Assembly: GCA_963761305.1 (NCBI GenBank)
Contig: CAVXGK010000002.1
Span: forward strand, 2,016,001-2,080,000
Origin: an uncultured Gemmatimonadaceae bacterium
GTDB taxonomy: Bacteria > Gemmatimonadota > Gemmatimonadetes > Gemmatimonadales > Gemmatimonadaceae
Direction of reading: 5' to 3'
DNA: 64,000 nt
Shown one piece after another: positions 57,600 to 64,000 of the stretch (position 1 is its first letter; every line of letters starts with the position of its first letter). A program made the position numbers and the translations under genes. A model generated the notes under the pieces. The model saw only the letters and a program-made list of their open reading frames with translations, was not told the origin of the DNA and did not search any database.

Positions 57600-58882
57600 G
57601 AAGCGATCTCGACGGACTCGATCCGCGGCTCGCGAACGACGCCCACTCGTTCCAGGCCGCGCGTGAGAATCGTCGCGACGCTCATCTGACCCGTGACGTT
57701 CGCCACCGTCTCGAAGATGTCCGGAATGGTTTCCACTGCCTCGAGCATGACGACGCCTTCGACGGGAACGCCCGCCGCCACGAACAGGGGGATCATGCGC
57801 AAACCGCCGCCTGCGCCGCCGCCATTTGGAATGCCGGCTGCGCTCAACGTGAAGACGACTTCCGTCACGATGAACACGACGACGATCTCCGGCCGAAGTA
57901 CGATGCCATACACGTGGGCCAGGAACAGCAGCTTGATCGGATTCGCCATGACCGTGCCGATCCGAAACAGCGCGACGCCCAACGGCAGGATGAAATCCGT
58001 GGCGTTGGCGGTGAAGCCCATGTGGGCGCTGCCACCGGCGACAAGCGCCGGCAATGCCGCCAGCGAGGAGCGCGTGCTGGCCGCCACCATTTGAGCCGGC
58101 AGTACGGCCCGTGCGAACGCGCGAACGCTCGTACGCCCCGACACGGCGCTGATCGGATACAGCAATCCCGTACACAGAATCGTGATGCCGATACGCAGCA
58201 GGAGATATACGCCCAACGCGCCCGCCCACGACGTGCCGGCCTGCAACGCGATCAGGAAACTGAGCGCGAACACGCCGATCGGCGTCGCCAGCAACAGCCA
58301 TCGCACCACGATGAGCATGGCCTGCGACGTCGCCGAGAATGCGCGGGTCATGGGCACGCGGTGCTCGGTGGGAAGCTTGGCGACGGCGACGCCGAATACG
58401 ATCGCCGCCAGCAACAGCGGAAAAATGTCGCCCCGCGCCGCGGCCGCGAAAATGTTGCTGGGAACGAGCCCCACCCACCATGACTGCGTGGGTGCTTGGG
58501 TGGAGGCGCTCACCGCGGCGGCGGACAGCGGGACGGCCGGCAACGACGCGACTGCGCCCGAGGGTAGACGCACGACGGACAACCCTTCCCGCATTGCGAA
58601 CGCCCCAAAAAACGCCGCAACGGTAAGGGCGAGCACGAACACGAGAACAGCACGCACGCCGAGAGAGCCGGCCGACTCCGCGCTGGCGTTGGCCATGGCC
58701 GTAAGCGTCACCGCGAGCGCCAACGGCAGCGCGATCAATTGAAGCGCGGAGATCCAGAGATCTCCAACGGCGTTCGCGATGGTGCCGAGCAACGCAAACG
58801 GAGCTGCCGGCGACGCGTGTCCGACGATGCCAAGCGCCAGGCCGCCGGCAAAACCGAGCAGCGACCACGTCGTGAACGACAT
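57596..58882 (-). CDS. Dicarboxylate/amino acid:cation symporter (DAACS/SDF)
   Basis: LVPSNIF, ASTRSSLAALP, LPLG, AAGIP, DIFETVANVTG. Confidence 0.88.
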   Translation of the reverse strand: MSFTTWSLLGFAGGLALGIVGHASPAAPFALLGTIANAVGDLWISALQLIALPLALAVTLTAMANASAESAGSLGVRAVLVFVLALTVAAFFGAFAMREGLSVVRLPSGAVASLPAVPLSAAAVSASTQAPTQSWWVGLVPSNIFAAAARGDIFPLLLAAIVFGVAVAKLPTEHRVPMTRAFSATSQAMLIVVRWLLLATPIGVFALSFLIALQAGTSWAGALGVYLLLRIGITILCTGLLYPISAVSGRTSVRAFARAVLPAQMVAASTRSSLAALPALVAGGSAHMGFTANATDFILPLGVALFRIGTVMANPIKLLFLAHVYGIVLRPEIVVVFIVTEVVFTLSAAGIPNGGGAGGGLRMIPLFVAAGVPVEGVVMLEAVETIPDIFETVANVTGQMSVATILTRGLERVGVVREPRIESVEIAS

Positions 58883-58950
58883 GAAAGGAACGCGCGACCG
58901 GTCTGGCCTGGCTGATGTCACGATGTCACGTCGCGACGACGAATCCACCG

Positions 58951-61530
58951 TCACGGCTCGCGATCGACGCGGTTCGCGGTAAAACCGTCCGCGGGAACCC
59001 TGAACGCCGTGGCTTTGCCATCCTTGAATATGAATTCGACCATTCCCGGAAACGGTCCGACCGTCCCGATGAGCCGACTCGGCGACAGCACAGCGAAGGG
59101 CGTCCCCACCGTGAGGTCCCGCCCCGGCGATTCCCCCGGCCGGCCCGAGTTCATCATCGTGAGCACGCCATCGTGGATCTCGACGGCGAATCCGAATTCA
59201 TAGCGCCCCACAAAACGCGCCAGTGCGGTGTCCGACAGCTTCAACCCCGCAACGCGCTGGAGCGAACGCGCGCTCGCCCCGGTCCCCGTCGCGACGCGGG
59301 ATCCGTCGAAGCGAAAGTGCTCGACCGGAATCGCCTCTTTCACAAGCCCGTTCTGGCACGTTCCCGGCACGAACGAACCATCGGCCAACGGAATCAGGCA
59401 GTGCGCCGGAGACTCCACGCCGGCAACCGTTCGACTCACGACGAGACCCGTCGAGCCCGACCATACACTCACGACGTCAGGCGACGGCGCGCTCGTCGAC
59501 GAAACGTACGCGCCGACCAGCTTGGGCAGCTCCGCGCTCAAAGGGTCGCCAACCGTGAGCGATGTGCCAGTTGCCGCCACGCGCAAATCGGCCTCGACGA
59601 CGGGACCCACTCCGAACGCAATTCGCTGTGGAACCGAAGCGTCACGCGCTGGATAATAGTCCGTCGAAACTTCGAGCACGTACACGCCAGGTGTCGCCGG
59701 CGTCCACTCGAAATCGTACGTCTCGCCGACGTCCATGCGCTGCTTCGCGTCCTTTTCGACGCGATTCGCGGCGGGCAGCGTTGCGCCGTCCTTCGCGAAG
59801 GGCCGCCATGTCACCGGCTTGCCATTCAGCAGCAGCCGAACGTTTTTCACGTCGTCCAGGCTGATGTGCGTGAACCGGAGACGGTATGTCTTGCCCACGC
59901 TGAAACGCTGGGCTGGCGCCATGCCACGGCCGTTGATCGCCGCGTCTGCGTCCAACGTCGCTCCGCGTGAACCGAGCACGAAAAGCCGGTCGTTCTCGGG
60001 GTTGAGCTCGTGGCTGGCATCCAGCACGATCAACGTTCCGTAGAGCCCCCGCGCCAACTCTGCCCCGAGCTCGCCGTGCGTGTGGTACATGAACGTTCCC
60101 GCTCGCGGCGGAGTGATGTACACGCTCATCGTGTCCGATGGCGGAATCATTCCCCGCGTGTTGCCGGGTTGACCGCTCCAGTTCCCGACGCCGTCATAGT
60201 AGCTCTCGAGCTCGAGGCCGTGCCAATGCACACCGAGCGGAAACGGCAGCCGGTTGTGCACCACGATCCGCGTCGGCTCGCCCCGCTCCAGAATGAGTGG
60301 GCTTCCCGGTACTACGATAGAATCGCGCGCCGGGGGCCGACTGCCGCGCTGCACGACAAACCCGTAGCCGGCCGAGTCACCGAAGACCTGCGGCCGCAGT
60401 CCGGTCCACAGGTCCAGCCTGCGAGCGTTCGCCGGGCGCGTCGTCGCGACCGCAGCGCGCGGGCGGACGATGATGCCGACGATAAAGCCACCCATCCCGT
60501 GATCGCCCGACATGTCGCTCGTCGACGTGACGGCGAGTGATTCGGCCGAGTATTTCTGGATCCCGCTCGAATGTCGAATGAGGTGGCAGTGGAACAGCCA
60601 GTTGCCGGGGCGATCCGCCACCCACGACAGCTGCATCGTCGAGATGTCGCGCATGCCCTCGGTCACTTCGAGCGGTCTCGGGCTGTTGACGATCGTGTCC
60701 ACCTGCCCGTCGCCCCGCGAGCCCACCGTGAAGTAAAATCCGTGGAGATGCAATGGGTGATACACACCGCTCACGTTGATGACGCGCCAGTGAACGGTGT
60801 CGCCTTGATCGTAGACGAGACGCTCGGTGTGTGGCCAGGAAAGTCCGTTGAGGCTCATCCGCCGCGTCACGTCGGCCGGCTCCAACGGTGAGGAGTAGCC
60901 CGTGATGACGAAGACGCGCTCGTTCGCGGGCGGAGCCGCTTCGGCAGGGTCGACGATGAACGCGCCGACCAAACCTCCTTGTGTGCTCCCTCCGGCGGGT
61001 GATGAGAACGAGCCCTCGGGTAACGTATCCGTGGCGTTTGGCAGCAGGCGCGCAAAATAGAACGACGTCACTGCCCGGGTCGGCGTGAAACGCACTTCGC
61101 GCTCCTCGCCCGGCGCGAGTCTCAGCGGGGGCTGCTGCGTAAAGCCCAGCACGCCATCGACCGCTGTATCTCCCGGCACGCGATCGCTCAACCCACGAAC
61201 CCGCACGGCTCGCGCGAGTCTGTTGCGAATGGAAACGCGCACCGGAGTACCGGCGCGCACGCGCAGCAGCGGTCCAGGCAACTGCGGTGCGTGACCGCCC
61301 TCGGCGAATCCGAACGCCGGCACGAGAGGACCGTGGGGCCCGCGCGGCGACCACGTGATGTCGACCACATCGAGCTCGACGCGAAGCTCGCCGTCGACCA
61401 GCCGGCCTGCGGGAGTGCGCTGATCGTTCGCGTCGGCGTGAAGGGCGGCCCGGTGCGGAAGCGTTGCGGTTGGGACCGCAATGGCGGTGAGAACGGTCGC
61501 CGCCATGAGGACACCAAGCCGCGTCTGCAT
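58951..61530 (-). CDS. Secreted multicopper oxidase with atypical domain order and C-terminal extension
   Basis: Signal peptide; HPLHLHG, WLFHCHLIRH, VHWHG, MYHTH. Confidence 0.85.
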   Translation of the reverse strand: MQTRLGVLMAATVLTAIAVPTATLPHRAALHADANDQRTPAGRLVDGELRVELDVVDITWSPRGPHGPLVPAFGFAEGGHAPQLPGPLLRVRAGTPVRVSIRNRLARAVRVRGLSDRVPGDTAVDGVLGFTQQPPLRLAPGEEREVRFTPTRAVTSFYFARLLPNATDTLPEGSFSSPAGGSTQGGLVGAFIVDPAEAAPPANERVFVITGYSSPLEPADVTRRMSLNGLSWPHTERLVYDQGDTVHWRVINVSGVYHPLHLHGFYFTVGSRGDGQVDTIVNSPRPLEVTEGMRDISTMQLSWVADRPGNWLFHCHLIRHSSGIQKYSAESLAVTSTSDMSGDHGMGGFIVGIIVRPRAAVATTRPANARRLDLWTGLRPQVFGDSAGYGFVVQRGSRPPARDSIVVPGSPLILERGEPTRIVVHNRLPFPLGVHWHGLELESYYDGVGNWSGQPGNTRGMIPPSDTMSVYITPPRAGTFMYHTHGELGAELARGLYGTLIVLDASHELNPENDRLFVLGSRGATLDADAAINGRGMAPAQRFSVGKTYRLRFTHISLDDVKNVRLLLNGKPVTWRPFAKDGATLPAANRVEKDAKQRMDVGETYDFEWTPATPGVYVLEVSTDYYPARDASVPQRIAFGVGPVVEADLRVAATGTSLTVGDPLSAELPKLVGAYVSSTSAPSPDVVSVWSGSTGLVVSRTVAGVESPAHCLIPLADGSFVPGTCQNGLVKEAIPVEHFRFDGSRVATGTGASARSLQRVAGLKLSDTALARFVGRYEFGFAVEIHDGVLTMMNSGRPGESPGRDLTVGTPFAVLSPSRLIGTVGPFPGMVEFIFKDGKATAFRVPADGFTANRVDREP

Positions 61531-61852
61531 CCGTCACCTCGCGTTCACGGGAGGAACTGCCGTAGAGTGCCTCTGCCTACACGCCCGCGGCGATGACGGG
61601 CACGGATCCGGGTGGGGGCGGACCCAGCGAAGGTAGGTCAACTCACAGCCAACGGCTAGCCGTTTACCGGAGCGGTTTCAAGCCGGAAGACTGCACGTCA
61701 ATTCGAGAACCGTCAAAGCGCATCGGCCGGCGGCTGGCGTCGATTGTACCCCTTCTGTTGTCGGACTTGTCGGTCTGGGCCTTGTCGACCATGTTGGCAA
61801 TCGCCGCGAACGACTCGAACTACCCGGTCCCCCTCCCCACCGGAGCTCCCCC

Positions 61853-62491
61853 ATGAGAAACACCCACAAGACGATCAGTCTCGCCGTCGGCTTCATGAGC
61901 CTCGCGTCCGCGCTGACTGCGCAATCGATCTCCATCGGACTGCGCGGTTCCGGCACTCTCCCGACTGGTGCGTTCTCGCAGACTCAAACTGCGGCACCGT
62001 CGGCCGATGCGACGCTCCAGGGAGCGAAGTCGGGATTCGGGTATGGGCTCGACGCGGGACTCTCGGTCGCCTTCATCGGAGTCTACGCCAGCTTTGACCA
62101 CATCCAGTTCGATTGCCAGACGGCGACGTGCCAAACCGATGGCAAGTACACGCTGCAGGGCGTGACGGCTGGCGTGAAGCTCTTCCTCCCGAGCGTGTCG
62201 ATCGCTCGCCCGTACATCAAGGGCGGAGTCACGTTCAACGATTTGGAGGGTGGGTACGGCGGCCAGTCATCCAACGCGCTCACGACGAACTATGCCCCCG
62301 GCTACGAGGTCGGTGGCGGCTTGGACGTGTCGATGTTGGGGATCCTCAGCTTCTGCCCGCAGCTGCGATACGTGGGACAGAATCTCAAGGCAAAGATTCC
62401 GGGCGTGATTGCACCCAATCCCACGGGCCAAGCCGTGAACTACTTCGCTTTCGACCTCGGCTTGTCGGTGCACACGCCGTTCGGACGATAG
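61853..62491 (+). CDS. Outer-membrane beta-barrel protein (OmpA-like membrane domain)
   Basis: Signal peptide; alternating strands RPYIKGGV, GYEVGGGLD, FAFDLGLSV. Confidence 0.75.
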   Translation: MRNTHKTISLAVGFMSLASALTAQSISIGLRGSGTLPTGAFSQTQTAAPSADATLQGAKSGFGYGLDAGLSVAFIGVYASFDHIQFDCQTATCQTDGKYTLQGVTAGVKLFLPSVSIARPYIKGGVTFNDLEGGYGGQSSNALTTNYAPGYEVGGGLDVSMLGILSFCPQLRYVGQNLKAKIPGVIAPNPTGQAVNYFAFDLGLSVHTPFGR

Positions 62492-62514
62492 CGTCGCCGC
62501 CGCAAACAGCGCCC

Positions 62515-62955
62515 TTACTGTCGGAGTGCTGGGGGAGTGGGGACCTCGACCTCGCGAATCAGTCGCGTGGACGCGGTGCCGTTGTCGATCGTAGTCACGC
62601 CTTCCAGCATGTCCGGCGCCGTCAACGAGCCATCGAACTGTTCGTGCACGGGCGGGCGCGGGCTGCCGACAGTCGTGAGAAGCGTGAGATCGAGATGGAC
62701 ACGTCCGTTTGCGATCGCTCCGGCGATCGCGATCGTCCCACCACAACATGCCTCTCCTGACCACGTGCCGGTTCCTGTGACCGTGCTCCCCGCCACCGTG
62801 AGCGTCCAGATGTTGCTCGACCCCGGGACCTCGCTTGCGGTGATCCAAGTGCCGTTCAGGTTCGACGGCAACGGTGCGACAGCATCGCTACCGCACCCAA
62901 CAGTCGCTATCGCGGGCAGCCAGGCCAGGGCCGCGACGAACAGGTATCGTCTCAC
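62515..62955 (-). CDS. Hypothetical lipoprotein
   Basis: TVGC lipobox-like; LNGTW beta-rich domain. Confidence 0.65.
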   Translation of the reverse strand: MRRYLFVAALAWLPAIATVGCGSDAVAPLPSNLNGTWITASEVPGSSNIWTLTVAGSTVTGTGTWSGEACCGGTIAIAGAIANGRVHLDLTLLTTVGSPRPPVHEQFDGSLTAPDMLEGVTTIDNGTASTRLIREVEVPTPPALRQ

Positions 62956-63017
62956 GTTGGCACAACCGCGAATTGTCGTCGTGCGTCACCGCCCAAGAGC
63001 GTTCGCCCTATAAGCAC

Positions 63018-63048
63018 CGCCGGCGCGAGCGGTTGGCTCGCGCCGGCG
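63018..63048 (-). terminator. GC-rich hairpin downstream of the phosphoesterase gene
   Basis: CGCCGGCGCGAGC-GGTTG-GCTCGCGCCGGCG; no clear U tract. Confidence 0.5.
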
Positions 63049-63078
63049 TCTGACCGTCACTGGTGCGAGCGGTTCACC

Positions 63079-64000
63079 TCAGTGGCACGTCCCGCCGCTC
63101 CGATCCCAGACGCGGCCGCCGGCTTCGACGAACTCCGACCGCCACGCGTTGTCGCCCAGCGTGAGCTTCAGAACGCCCGCGCGACCTTCGATGTGATAGG
63201 CCGAGTTCGCGTCGAGGGCGTTGAATCCGCGAAGCTCCTCGCCGCCCGTGCCGGCGACGATTTCGGTGATGCCTTTCGTCGTATCGAGCACGCCCGCGGG
63301 TGTCATGGGACGAAACCGCTCATAGTCGTGGTCGTGACCGTTGAGAACGAGATCGACGCCATTGTCGTACAACGTCTGCCAGATCGGAGTGAACTTGGCG
63401 TCGTTGCCGTGCCAGCCAGAGCTGAAACGCGGATTGTGCCAATACGCGATCGTGCACGCAGCCTCGTGATTTTTTAGATCCTGCTCGAGCCACTTCATCT
63501 GAGCGTCGCGGTCCGCGTCCGAGAACTCCGAGCCGACGACTGTCTCGCTGTTGAGCGCGATGACGTGCCATTTCCCGACGTCATAGCTGTAGTTGCCCGT
63601 TCCGTCGACGCCGGCGGCCTTGCCGAAGTACTTGAAGTACGGCGCAGCCTTGGCCGTCGCGTAATCGTGGTTGCCCGGAGTCGGATGCATGTTTTCCATG
63701 ATCTCGAACTTCGGATTTCCCCACGACGGCGTGAAGCAGTTCGCGAACTGTGCCTCGCTTCCGCTCGAGTAGACGTTGTCGCCCAGCGTGAACGTCGTCG
63801 TCGGGATGTTGGCAACGCTGTCCGACTTGATAACGCTGTCGACGAGCATCGCCGTCGCGAGCCCGAGTTTCTGGGTGCAGCTCGCTATGTCGCCGACGCC
63901 GACCATCACTTGACCGGTGAGGTCCGCCGTCGCCGCCAAAGGCTCGCTCGCGGTAACGCCGGCGAGGAGGGGGCCACCCGGCTTCACCGCCTGCGGTCCG
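63079..64000 (-). CDS. Calcineurin-like metallophosphoesterase (5' end outside window)
   Basis: GDIA, LGDNVY, PGNHDY, WHNPR, NGHDHDYER. Confidence 0.9.
   Translation of the reverse strand, partial: GPQAVKPGGPLLAGVTASEPLAATADLTGQVMVGVGDIASCTQKLGLATAMLVDSVIKSDSVANIPTTTFTLGDNVYSSGSEAQFANCFTPSWGNPKFEIMENMHPTPGNHDYATAKAAPYFKYFGKAAGVDGTGNYSYDVGKWHVIALNSETVVGSEFSDADRDAQMKWLEQDLKNHEAACTIAYWHNPRFSSGWHGNDAKFTPIWQTLYDNGVDLVLNGHDHDYERFRPMTPAGVLDTTKGITEIVAGTGGEELRGFNALDANSAYHIEGRAGVLKLTLGDNAWRSEFVEAGGRVWDRSGGTCH

Noticed and set aside
57600..58868. 785-aa ORF 56511..58868 as a single protein
   Set aside because: The upstream part is an alternate frame of the symporter; coding starts at 57599.
1..64000. 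Prophage, IS, integron, retron/DGR, rRNA or tRNA
   Set aside because: No integrase, transposase, reverse transcriptase, phage structural gene or recognisable RNA gene was seen.

Overview
High-GC bacterial chromosomal DNA. The gene content (four ADOP-type MacB/FtsX permeases, an acidobacterial-type PadR, NHL and BNR propellers, secreted amidohydrolases, GGRGG-rich inserts) resembles Gemmatimonadota/Acidobacteriota; this taxonomic call is inference. About 45 CDSs, mostly secreted or envelope hydrolases and transporters. I see no rRNA, tRNA, CRISPR, integrase or transposase. The first 3 kb has five +1 frameshifts that look like assembly errors. Most unusual items: (1) a P450-fold protein with a twin-arginine signal and no redox partner; (2) three 200-360 bp intergenic palindromic elements built from 16-nt tandem units, plus related 8-nt micro-arrays at gene ends; (3) a 1.1-kb intergenic block with a long G-U-compatible hairpin followed by two related 21-nt arrays; (4) a multicopper oxidase with reversed copper-motif order; (5) a repeat-bearing membrane pseudokinase; (6) an ATP-grasp/GNAT/ThDP-enzyme operon. 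All assignments come from reading motifs by eye; no searches were run.
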